Below the pieces are notes generated by a model. The model was not told the origin of the DNA. It was given only the letters and a program-made list of their open reading frames with translations, and made no database searches. This document shows positions 40,909 to 53,329 of a stretch of 64,000 bases of DNA, piece after piece (position 1 is the first letter of the stretch; every line of letters starts with the position of its first letter). The DNA is taken from NCBI GenBank assembly GCA_964247055.1, contig OZ176055.1:2728001-2792000 (forward strand), in the 5' to 3' direction. The DNA comes from Paragordius varius. Lineage: Eukaryota > Animalia > Nematomorpha. The translations under genes were made by a program, and so were the position numbers.

Positions 40909-41893
40909 TTTAAAACGAGCATTGTAATATTACAGGGCTATTTTGCTTCCAAAGATTCATTAAGCGATACCATGACCTGTTAAAGGTATAAAATTAGGTT
41001 TAAATATTTTTTAATATTTTTTCCAAAATATAAAAAATGTTAACATTTTATTGAGAGGATCATTTACATATGCATGATGTTTTTGAACAAATCACCAGTT
41101 TTTATTAAAAATACAAATATTCTTTTCCATTTTTATTATTAATACAACAATGTAAAAAGTGTTAATCGATCTTTAACTTTTTGTGAGTAAACATATTAGA
41201 ACCTATACAAAATGTAACATAAAAAGAAATCCATGTTTCTTTAGGGAAATATTTTAACCTATATTTCGGTCATGTTTATTCGCGGACAAAAATGGATCTT
41301 ACCATTAAAGGGTTGACACTTATAAATTATAAGGTTTGTATATATATCGCAAAAAATTCATTATGCCCACGAAATTTATGATTTGCTACAACAAATTTAT
41401 ATTCAATAAGGAATGTCAGCCAAGAACAACATAAAAATTCTGTTATATTCTGGGATATATCATTAGATTTTAATTGTTATCTTTAGAATTTTCCCAAAAT
41501 ATAAAATTTCAGGTATAAACAAGGGATTAAACCGGAAGTGTTCCTTTCCCATAAAAAAATTCAGTACCATAACGATAAAATTTCGATGCTTTTTGCAAAA
41601 TAAATAGGTTCCGTTTCCTATTCTATTTTTTGGTCAAATAGTCATTATTTCATTCATTTCAATATATTTATATGTTAATCACCTTTCGAAATTTCCCAGC
41701 TTGATACTTTTGATTGCAGCATCACGTGGTCACTATCGAGATATTGATTGCGTCCACTATAAATGTTTTTAAGACATAAGATGTAATTTTAATAAAGCAT
41801 AATAATATCATTACCAGGTGTGATCACAATTCTACCTGTTTTTGTAAAAATAACACGTAACTTTGAAAGAAAAATGTTTATTTTTATTTAGAA

Positions 41894-44030
41894 CTAGCGT
41901 AAATTTCGTGCTGCTACGCAGCGCGAGGAAGTCCTTCGGACTTCTGGGGGGGGGCTAAAAGGGATTAATAAAATAATCCATATATGTGGATCATTTCGAA
42001 ACATTATTTAATAGCTATGATCTCATAAGATTTTCTAAACATTGCATTCATACTAAATAATGTTTACTCGAGTAAAGGCTCCAAATTGACGGCTAAAGAA
42101 AAAAACCGCTATACTATAATTTTTACCTTTTTATGGGTAAATTAAAGCCTTTATTGAACTCATATGGGTTCTTAAGTTTTTTGAAAATTATCTTTAAAGC
42201 CACGCCATTTTTGTATGGCGTCTCAGTTTTTAACCTGTAGATCCCTACCCATAGGCCTATATGGAAAAAGCGCTAAGTTAAATTTTTTGCCTTTATAGGG
42301 AAAATATTTGGAATCATCTTTGAGACCATCGTCTCATGGGTTATTTGAAAAAATACCTCAATACTAAATCGTTATATGATGGCGTATTTTTCGGGCATAA
42401 AGGCCCCAAATTGACGGCTAATAAAAAAAGGCATGACCTTAATTATTTCCTAGTCACGGGTAATATATCGAACTTTAAATAAGCTCATATGGCATAGGTT
42501 TTCTTTAAAATAGTTCCAAAACTACGTAATTTCTATATAGTGACGCAGTTTTTGGTGGGTAGCTCCCTACCGGGAAGCTGATACAAATTTGCCTTTTTAC
42601 GGAGAATACCTGGAATCATGATTGATTCCATATGCTCTTATTACTTTTTAGAATTGCCTCAAAATTTAAAAATCATTCTATGGTGGCGCATTTTTCAGGA
42701 CATGAAGGGCCTAATTAACGGCTAATAAAAACCGCACGATCTAAATTTTTGCATTGTTACGGGTAATACTTTAAGCAGTTATTGAATTCATATGGCCTGA
42801 TAGGTTTTCTGAAATTTAACCCCAAAGGCACGCTATTTTGAAATGACGGGTCAGTTTTTAGCGGCTTTACCCAGTAGCTATCATAAAAGAAACGCTTGAC
42901 TAAAATTTTTGCTTTTTAAGGGAATACCTGGAATCCTATTGAATTTTTACGGTCTCATACTTTGGGCGAAAAATAGATTCAAAAAATTATTTTTGTGGAC
43001 TGACTTTTTTTGAAAAAAGTGGCATTTTACGGGGGGAGCGGGTAAAAAGAGGGCCTAAATTAAAAAAGCAAAGTAAACAAAAATCATATTTGAAATTGAA
43101 TGGTCCAACACGTTTTCCCGAAAATTGACTTAAAGACATGATTTTTGTGGACTTTTGTTTTCATAAAAAATCGTTTTCTACACGAGGTATGCCCGAACTG
43201 GGGCCTAATTCAAAAAAAGGGTGAACCTATTGTCGCGGCATTCATTAATGATTATATTTTTTCGTCATTTGGATTTGAATGGGTCTACCGGTTTTCCGGA
43301 AACAGATCACAAAGTCACCACTTTCTCTTTTTATAAATATATAGATATCGTCCAATCGGTTTCTACATATTCGCATATGTCTCATGTAATATTGGAATGC
43401 CATAATAGAAAATCTGACTGTTTTTTTGCTGTAAACTATTAGCCATTTTCTGACGTTTTGTGAAGTGCTTCATTATGCTATGCTGTATTAGTCAGATGGC
43501 GCCAGGTCCGGAGGGTACAGCTAAAGCAAATGAATTCCCCATCAAAGCGATTAGGGTGTCTTTAACTGTCGTTTTCCGATTAATTCATAGTTTAAATCAA
43601 TCATTTGTTGGCGATAAGGTTGTAAATTCACTTCTCTGGATTTCAAAAGCCGACTACCGCTCTCCCATCATACATAGAACACAGTTTGACGAAACGATTT
43701 GATATTGGTGTTGATGAACTGACTGGGCAAGATGAGAACCACGACTTTTCCGCTTTGGATTTGCAAAATAAAGTCATTATCATCACCCGTATCAATTCTG
43801 AAAAGTCTTAGCCAGACGTTGAAGCAAAATTTCACCATTCGGTTGCTTTCTGATTTAACATCCAATCGAATTGTGGTAGGTAAACATTTGATTGTTTTTT
43901 AATATACATGTGCTTCAATTGCTAAGAGTTTGATTTGGGTCATTATCTGATAACTTTTAAACTTTATCGTCTTTATAGTTATGTACCGGAGCGCCCACTC
44001 TCTTATATATATATATATATATATATCAAA
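41894..44030 (-). mobile_element. Probable non-autonomous Helitron with internal tandem repeats of about 320 bp
   Basis: Minus-strand 3' end CTAG|T at 41894, preceded 8 nt earlier by the GC-rich hairpin TCGTGCTGC-TAC-GCAGCGCGA (41906-41926). Diverged units start at 42074, 42399, 42704 and 43048. The 5' end is only tentatively placed at the (TA)n tract near 44030. Confidence 0.55.
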
Positions 44031-44573
44031 ACCATGCTTCACATGTTTAAATCGATGGGGCATTGTCAATATATTTTATCAGTAAGTGCCAATGAGTGCC
44101 GTAAATGTTTTTTTGCATGCAGAAAATTCATTATGATAATGAATGATAAAAATAAAATGCTCTCTTTTAGCGAACTCGAATTGTGAGTGTTTATATTGTA
44201 ATGTCAGATGAAGTAAATTGAGACTGTATGAAATTAATCGTCTGCCTACTTTTATATCTTCTCTTAGTTAAACGGGTTGGTTATGACTTATACGATACTT
44301 GATAAATATTTCTAAAATATAAAGTATTGAACAAAATTATATAATATGCTGGGTTAAGCCTGTTTAACACATGCCTCGAATTTTTTTTAAAAATTGTCAA
44401 AAAGCCCGATCTTATATTTTTTCGCCGTTTTTTTCTTTAGATTTTTTTACACTTAACCTTTTCATTTTTGTGTAGACTTTCACATCTTGAGGGGGTTTTC
44501 CACCCCAGATTTTATACGTAAAGAAACTACTATTTAATTTTAGAATGATATAATGTAATATCAGCAATAACCC

Positions 44574-44672
44574 AGTAACGGATTTCTTCATAAATAGATA
44601 TACATCTTTATTTGAAATTAATCGTATTAACTTAGTAACGGATTTCTTCATAAATAGATATACATCTTTATT
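44574..44672. repeat. Local tandem duplication, 60-bp period
   Basis: AGTAACGGATTTCTTCATAAATAGATATACATCTTTATTT occurs twice, 60 bp apart. Confidence 0.85.
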
Positions 44673-47600
44673 TTTATAAAATATTGTATAATTTTATTTT
44701 GTATCTTTATTTTAATTTTATTTTTATGTTAATCCGAGGTTAGAGGAATCTAACGAAAATTCATTAATAAATCTATTATTAATGTGCTGATATTACATCA
44801 TATCATTCTAAAACACACTGATTCAACCTAATCCATAATACTAATTAATTGTTTTGGTTAAAATTTAATTTTTAAACCCTGTTATCCTGTTTTAGATATA
44901 AAATATTTTTTACAGTTATAACTTCTGAAGTCCCGAATTCGGATAGCTACAAAACAGTATTGAAACCAACAGCTGATTTAAAATAACTTTTTATTTTGCA
45001 CTTATTTAGGTTTTATTACCATAAATTCAGTTCCTGTTGAATTAGTGATTTAAAAAATTCGAACAAAAAATAGCAGCAAAACGTTTGAGATGAAGTTTTT
45101 TACACAATTTTGCATTTTTAAAATTTTTTAAATCATACGCTTAAAAGTCGAAAGAAACAATATTAAATTTGTCCCAACACTAAAACTACGTTTTAAGATG
45201 TTAAAATTTTGTATCTGGATATAACTCCCACAAAAGGAAATGATTTATCAATATTAGTATGTCAGGTTAGTCTAACTTAATGGTTTCAGTCTGCAGAAGA
45301 CTCTCTCTAATCCGCTTCACAGCAAAACATGGGCATTGATTAAAAAGTTTGATTTAATCTAAAAATAAAATATAGAAGTTTATTTAAAGTTATATTTTAA
45401 TATAAATTTTATCTATAGATTATTATATTCCATTAACACTTGGATACAACACATTCCTTCCAGTCCTTCGGATAAAATTGAGGTAGTTGGATACCCCCGG
45501 CCTGTTTAAAATTAAAAACTTCAATAAATATTGGGAATTAAAATGGCAATTTGCACTTATATAATTAATAACCCAAATATAAAAATTCATTCAAATATAT
45601 TGATATTACTTATTTTATAGTAAAACCCAAAAGTAAAAATATAGTAAACATGAAATGTATGCATTAGCAATATTTAAAAATAAAACAAAATAAACCAATT
45701 TTGCTATTTCTATCAATGTTATATGTGATTTAACTTAACAATGAGCCTTAATTTTGGCTTTTATATTTAATTACCCAATATTTTGCAAAAATGATGTAAA
45801 AAAATGGCGTTGAAGTAGTTTAATATGGAACTTTTTTTCCAAAACTAATTTTTTTAGATATTTTGGCTTATTTATATAATTTTTAATAATACGGAAGCAT
45901 AAATTTGGGTTGGACCGTTTTTTTCAGTAGTTTTTAATAAATATATTAATGTAAATATAGTCTGGGCTATTTCGATACACTAATTTCAATCGAAGTGTAA
46001 TTATCACCACTTAATTTTTTACCATATACTTCTCTTATTATTTTTATTTTAATTTTGTAAAGGGAAAAGACCCGTGCTTTTAGCGAAGGTTTAATTGGTA
46101 TATTATCAAATCGCTAGTACAACAGAAGAATTAATATCATGGTTATTAAATAATATTTAACTTTGAAAAAATTATATTTTAACCAAAAATAATTTTATAG
46201 CTATTTTAATTCCGCACTCCAGAAGTTTGAAAATTGTATTACTATATATGCTTATATAAACAGAAGAACATGGTTGGTTAATTAATAAAATTATCTTCTA
46301 ATACAGTAATTTATTTACAGAAGCCCCTGGAAAACTGCCCAAAAAATATCATGCACAAAAATAGGTGGTTATAACATATTTGATTAATAAATATTTTATA
46401 GATGAATAAGCGATTCAAAACATTTCAAGGTCAATAAATATTTATTTTAACCATAATATTTTTTATATTTAGGCATAAAAAATCCAAAATATAGCAAGCG
46501 GCTAAACCGAATGCTGATTTTTGTAAGAAAATTAAAAAAATTATAAAATTTATTAATAATTTATGAAAAAGCTCAAAAAACAACCCCAATAGTAATGCAA
46601 TATTATGTATAAAAACAAATTTCACTATTTAAAAATTAATTTATCAATTTTAAAACCTTTTTGTGTTATTCCAACGTTTTCCTATTTTCGGTACGTGTTT
46701 TTTTATTTTTTCATACCTTGTACCAAACATATTAATTTTTAATTAAGATGTGCCATACTTGGTTATAATAAATTAGATTTGGAGAGTTATTATTTTTTGT
46801 TATTTAATAATATAGTAAGATTATCTACATTTATTTATAGGTATGGTATGGGCGATGTTGAATATTAGTATATTATATGAATATAATTATTAATAAATAT
46901 GAATTAACATTTGGTTTAATACGAATTGATTTGCATAATCTTTTATTTCTGAAAAATAGATAATATGGTTAATAATTTTTTACTTTTTAAATAATTTAAA
47001 GAAAATAACACCACAATCAGTAGTTTGGATTTCTTTGGTACTTATTTTTATATAATTAAATCATTTGCCCTCAAACTCCTTAGTCTTTACTTTAATTTTT
47101 TCCTTTGGATTGTGATCCAATTGTCAATTATAACCTATATTTTATCTTACAAGGTTGTTGTTGAGCTTGTAGTCGGTTATCGACCATTAGCGATTTTATA
47201 GAAAAACTTCATCCATTAGGTTCTATCGTGTGCTTTTTGGGATAGTTTTTGCAGTGACATTTTGGAAAGTGATAAGATTTCGTCTATGCGTCTTTGTCCT
47301 CTTCAGTAACGAATAAATGGTGAGCAAAAAAATTTTCACGCGCCGAATAAAATATTTTTATATCAAGGGCCGCATGCGCTATATAATACCTGCAAACCTA
47401 TAAGTATCTGCATGTGAAACTATGCTATATTTGTCAGTAATATTAATATATTAAATTAAAGCTAAAGGCCCCTTTGCTATTTATATGCGACCTGCAATAA
47501 AGTATTAATATCAGCATATGAGTATAACAACCATATATTTATCGGTAAAACACAGCATCATGGCCTTTAAGACATATATATTCAGGCTGTCGACATTTTT

Positions 47601-47820
47601 TGGTGAGTAACACCGATCTAAGGGATAGTTAAATTCGATCTGTTTATTAACATTTAGCTTTATAAACTAAAATTTTTACCCTCTGTAGATCAAAATGAAT
47701 TAAGACTTAGATTTAAAAATATTGAGTTTGATTAATAAATGGCTACACTTGCAATAAAATGGCAGGAATAGGTTTTCTCTCTCTAAAATTTGCACCTAGA
47801 AGGGCTTCACTGGTTGATAT

Positions 47821-49293
47821 ACCATTTCCCAGTCTAAATAAACGTTTTCCCAGTCAATCGAAACATTTTCCCAGTCAATTGAAACGTTTTCCCAGTCAAT
47901 CGAAACATTTTCCCAGTCAATCGAAACGTTTTCCCAGTCAATAGAAACATTTTTCCAGTCAATAGAAACATTTTCCCAGTCAATAAAAACATTTTCCCAA
48001 TCAATAAAAACGTTTTCCCAATCAATAAAAACGGTTTTATTTTTGATAATAAATATCAAAACAAGATCGAAAAATAACCTTTAACCATTATTAGCGTAAT
48101 ATTAGGATATTATTTTTATGAATTAACAATTATTGAATGAAAATATTTTTTATATATTCCAATACCAATCATTAATAATTTATTCTTTAAAAGCTATATT
48201 TTATGAACTGGAAGAATATTTTATGGTTTTTAAGTATTTTATGAAAATATTTAATAAGTTTTTTATTTTATCGATGGTTCGCATTAATATTCGAGGCTAA
48301 CTTTTAAAGTCTATAGTTACGGATAATAAAATTTATAAAAATATACCATTTTTATCTCAAAGGTCATTTAACACTTCATATTGGGTCTTAAACATAAATT
48401 TTACCTATTTATCATTTGGTTCATCGGAGGCCTAAGAAAATCTTAGTAAAATTCATATTTCTTACGCTATTTTCTGAATGAGTTTATAAAATTGACAACG
48501 AATTAAATAAATATATTGTGTTTGACAGTCTTATGTCTAAGATCGAATAAATTATTTATGAATGTCCTTATATAATACGAATACGAAACGCCGTGTTTGA
48601 GTTAAAAATGCGGCCCGCAAAGCCATTGTGTTAGAATATCCTTTTTTATAAAATATTTTTAAATGAAAAACATAAACCATGTTTTGTTCAGATTTTTTCC
48701 GACAGTATTTTATTCGACCTGTTTATAATCCAATTTGAAGCGTTAAATAACCAATTTGAGATAAAAATGGTATATTTTTATAAATTTTATTATCCGTAAC
48801 TATAGACTTTAAAAGTTAGCCTCGAATATTAATGCGAACCATCGGTAAAATAAAAAACTTATTAAATATTTTCATAAAATACTTAAAAACCATAAAATAT
48901 TCTTCCAGTTCATAAAATATAGCTCTTAAAGAATAAATTAATGATTGGTATTGGAATATATAAAAAATATTTTCATTCAATAATTGTTAATTCATAAAAA
49001 ATAATATCCTAATATTACGCTGATAATGGTTAAAAGTTATTTTTCTATCTTGTTTTGATATTTATTATCAAAAATAAAACCGTTTTTATTGATTGGGAAA
49101 ACGTTTTTATTGATTGGGAAAATGTTTTTATTGACTGGGAAAATGTTTCTATTGACTGGGAAAATGTTTCTATTGACTGGGAAAATGTTTTTATTGACTG
49201 GGAAAACGTTTCGATTGATTGGGAAAACGTTTCGATTGATTGGGAAAATGTTTCGATAGACTGGGAAAACGTTTATTTAGACTGGGAAATGGT
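47821..49293. mobile_element. Large foldback element: inverted arms of about 570 bp, each with ten 21-bp tandem repeats, and a spacer of about 330 bp
   Basis: The left arm (47821 to about 48390) is the near-identical reverse complement of the right arm (about 48725 to 49293). Repeat unit TTTTCCCAGTCAATCGAAACG; termini ATAT|ACCATTT and AAATGGT|ATAT. Confidence 0.92.
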
Positions 49294-50057
49294 ATATTTC
49301 TCGAAAACATGTTTAATTTAGCTTTATTACTCGTAAGATGAAAAACTATACAGTTGCCGTTACTTCTTATATTGCCTATTTCCCTTCGCATTAAGGAGTC
49401 TTGACTTAGAAGACAATTCAAAAACGCTAATACACTTTGCAAATCAAATGAAGATCAATGGACATTTAAGTGACAATTCCGATTTTCCGAAATTTAAATC
49501 ACGATTAAAATTTGAAAACACTGAGATTTCACTTTCTTAATAATTATAAAAAAACGAAATGCCAACTCTTTTTTGTTGTATTTTTTGGGATTAAAACCAT
49601 TTTTGCGAGCTATGCAGTTGAAAAAGAAATTTAAAAAGGGTCCCATTACAAACGAATTCACAAATGAGTTACATGTGGACATATAACACCATTTTTTTAA
49701 TATATTTGTTTTAAATTGGGCTATAATATCTTTAATCCATGCACATCGTGCATGGCTATTATATATATATATATATATAATATATATATATATATATAAC
49801 AAATTGTGGAAAAATAAGATTATAAACAATTCAAAATCCAAATTTGGTTTTACAACTTATTTGACAAAAATGGGTTTTGTCATAAAATAGATATATATGG
49901 GTATACTTACCGTTAAGTATAAAAATTAACATAAATTTTTATTAGATAATTAACAAACATGTAAAACACAGCTCTTTAAAGAATCATAAAAATTCCATAA
50001 GATAATTACCATTTATTTACATTATTTATATCAAAATATTTATTTCTGAGGTTAATG

Positions 50058-53000
50058 TCATCTATATTCATATCGATTATGTTTGGCATTTAGAGCTTGC
50101 ATTTGTTTGGACATTGGCTTCCCTGCGACTCCACAAGTCCCTACCCCCACTTTACCTAATTCGGTGTCCGGAGTAGCAAATATACTTTTTTTCGTAACAC
50201 CTTTTTTGCCCTTGTGGGCTGCCTTTAATAATAAAAAAGGGATGAAATTTTCATAAATTAATATTATTCGAGAAATTAAGCAATTAAATTAACACTTCAA
50301 TTCGAGCCGGGGTATCTAAAGACCCCAGATTATATTTAAGTTGATATTTTGAGAAACTACTGAAAGAATCGTATCCAGTTTAAATTCATGCTACTATGCG
50401 AATAAAAATTATACAAATAAGCTAAAACATCTAAATAAAATTTGGTTTTAAAAAAATTTACCTATCAAACAACTTCGACACCATTTTTATTCAACAACAT
50501 TTTTGCAAAATATCATTTTCTAGTTTAATCGCTAAAATTAAAACTAATTTTTTATTTAAATTACAACTCACATTGAATGGAAAATAAAAGTATTTTGCAA
50601 TGATTTCAGTTTGTTTCATATTTTTAGAAATATTTGATCTTAAACATGCCTGGGGACCCTAAGACCCCAATTTGAATTGAAGAACTGAATGGATATCTTG
50701 TATCGAAGTGTAAAAATAACACTTCAAAACATTTTCGGGTAGTTTTATATCTCAAAGCGATTCGGCCGAATTTAAAAATATGCTTTTAGCCTTTTAGACG
50801 CAAATTTATTTTTTTTTGAAAAATGTAAAGATGTAAAAAATGGTCATCTCAAACTTTTCCGCCATTTTTTTTGAATCACTAATACATGCAAAGAAATGCA
50901 TATAATGGTTGCAAATAATTAACTTTAGTAAGCTTTGAGATTGCATTTTATCAGCAAAAAGTTGATATTTATTGATTTTAATATATTTAATTCAAACGTG
51001 TTAGAATCTGTTTCAGTTCTAGTATTAAAAAATGTAAAAATATAAGCCCTTTTATCTAATACAGGAAATCGATCTTTGATAATTATATTTTAACTAAACT
51101 AACTTTAAAAACAGTAGTTTATTTACAAAATTGAGTTCTGGGATAAAAAAACTACCCTAATATCTCATCGCGGACAAAAAAGTGAAAAGTCATGAAGTGT
51201 TAATAGGATTTAAATAGCTATGATTTTAGCATAAGACTAGAATTGAATTAAAATCCATAATATTATAAAAAGGGTTAAAAAATATGGGATTGATCTAACA
51301 ATGCACATATAAAAGCAGTATTAATTCTTTACTAGCCTAGAATTGATGATCTGGATATTAGAAAATATATTAAAAGTAAAGAAATGTAAAACTCAAATAA
51401 ACCTATGATATTAAATGTATAAATATATGATGTGAAAGTAAAAAGAAAGCATCAAATTAATTTAGTTCTCTAGCACAAGCTTTATATAAAACATTCACTC
51501 CTTAAACTTAAAATTGGAAAACATTTGTCAACGCGATACGTAATAGCCATATTCTTTCATAATATAATTGGTCAAAATTTTGTATGCTGCAAAAAATGAT
51601 TGATTTATATTAAACTTAATTTAACTTTTTATACTTGCCTAATAGAGATAAAGAATTTTAAAACAACCATACATTAAAAACAATTATATATTTCCATACA
51701 AGCGGGTGTGCTTAATCAAAAAAATATTTTTGTACCCTATGAATTAAAAGTTACGAATTTGAATTGCCTACATACTATTATTAGGCCTCATATTTGTATT
51801 TGAGTGTTTTATTAGAAACACTAACTTATAAATATAGCTTTGCCAGACCATTAACTTTAATGGGTCAATTTCAATATTTTATATAAAATAGTAAAAAACA
51901 AATTACAAATGATATATTGATTTAAATTATATATTAAAGTTTTTCAATAATAAATATAATAATATACTTTAAAATTGAATTCTTTCCATTTATTTTTTTC
52001 ACGTTCACCTTCGGCATCCAACTTTTGTAAGCGCTCCGCCTTTTTCTGAGCCTTCTTTTTACGATTCTCATATTGAGTCTTTATAAATTCTTTTCTGAGT
52101 TAAATAATAATTTATTGAAAATCAAATGGTTTTTTCTAATAATAATTTTAATATTTTAATTTTAATACCTAAATAATAAAATTATTATTTAATAATTTTG
52201 ATATTTTATGGTTACTTTTATATAATATATTTAACTAAAACTAAGTCATAGTTTTATAAACCTTATAATAAAATCAGAAGGTCAGAACCAAGATTTCAGA
52301 ACTATATTATAATAATATAATAAAGATATGCAAATCTTTGCTTTTATGAAAAAATATCCTACAAACGAGTGACATATACAGAAAATGTAAAAACTTGGAT
52401 TTCGTTTTATCCTTGGTGGATATGGAGTTAGGATTTAAAGGGTGTATAGAAGCAGTTTTTGAAGCTTCCAAAGTACTTTCACGATTCTTGATTAAATTTG
52501 TGTCCAATTCCTCGGAATAAGGTTTTAGAGTATTAAGTAATGAAACGTCTTTAGTCCCGTATTTGGCAAATGTGATTGTGGCATGTTTATCATCAATAAT
52601 CTCATCAATTATTGCTTCATAATAACTATTTTTTTAACAAATAAATATAAATAATATGTTAAAATGTATTTTTAAAATACGGTATACTTTTCAATTATGT
52701 TGTATTTGATTAATTGGTTTTAATTATGGTAATGTACATAATAACCCAAACACATTGATATAAAAATTACAAAATTATATTGTTTACTAATTTTTTCGAA
52801 TCCATATATAAAAGTATTTTTGCACCAAATAAATTAGCAAATAATATTAAATATAAGGTAGCATTGTATGGAAAAAAATATTTTTAAAGCACCATTAAAA
52901 GCCGTTGATTTAAGGAAAACGATTCCGGTAATAAACACGTTAATATTCAAACATGTTTAAATAGTTACTTTCCGTTTTTGGACCATATTGCTAAACATTT

Positions 53001-53277
53001 ATCCCCTACTTTCCAATCATATATCTCATGGTTGGTATTGGTTTCAACTACATGTACATTATCTTGTTGTTTTTCAATCAAATCTAGAGTTAATTGAATA
53101 ACAGACTGGGAAATTATGTAAATATTCATACCACCAAATCTTCTCTCAATTTATTTAAATCTTCATTGTTAGGATCGGCAGATAAGGCTGCTTCAACCTA
53201 AATTATAAGGCGTATAAAACTTGTTCCAATTGAATTTTGTAAGAAGTTAAATTCGATATCAGTTCGTTATCAGTCAT
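50058..53277 (-). CDS. SMNDC1: Survival of motor neuron-related splicing factor 30 (SPF30), 6 coding exons, 260 aa
   Basis: Exons 53277-53221, 53197-53132, 53105-52969, 52625-52395, 52094-51968, 50222-50058 (783 nt). They translate to [19 protein letters not shown]|[22 protein letters not shown]|[24 protein letters not shown]|[18 protein letters not shown] (Tudor domain)..[17 protein letters not shown]|..[27 protein letters not shown]. Confidence 0.95.
50293..51199. mobile_element. Possible TTAA-flanked (piggyBac-type) MITE in SMNDC1 intron 5; related segments at about 12320-13030 and 45060-45510
   Basis: TTAA|CACTTCA at the left and TGAAGTG|TTAA at the right. Internal inverted GGGGT..GACCCC motifs. 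The blocks AAAATGGCGG..AAGTTTGAGATG and TTAACACTTGGATACAACAC recur at other loci in the window. Confidence 0.4.
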
Positions 53278-53329
53278 ATTTTTATATCATGCGTTCCTAA
53301 AACGATGTGTTAATTTTTTCAAAAAACTC

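Noticed and set aside
47826-48030. CRISPR-like appearance of the 21-bp arrays
   Set aside because: The units are directly tandem with no unique spacers, there are no cas genes, and the context is eukaryotic.
47759-49321. ORFs encoding (DWENVSI)n and related 7-aa repeats
   Set aside because: They are translations of the stop-free 21-bp repeats in both arms of the foldback element, mirrored on opposite strands, with no gene context.
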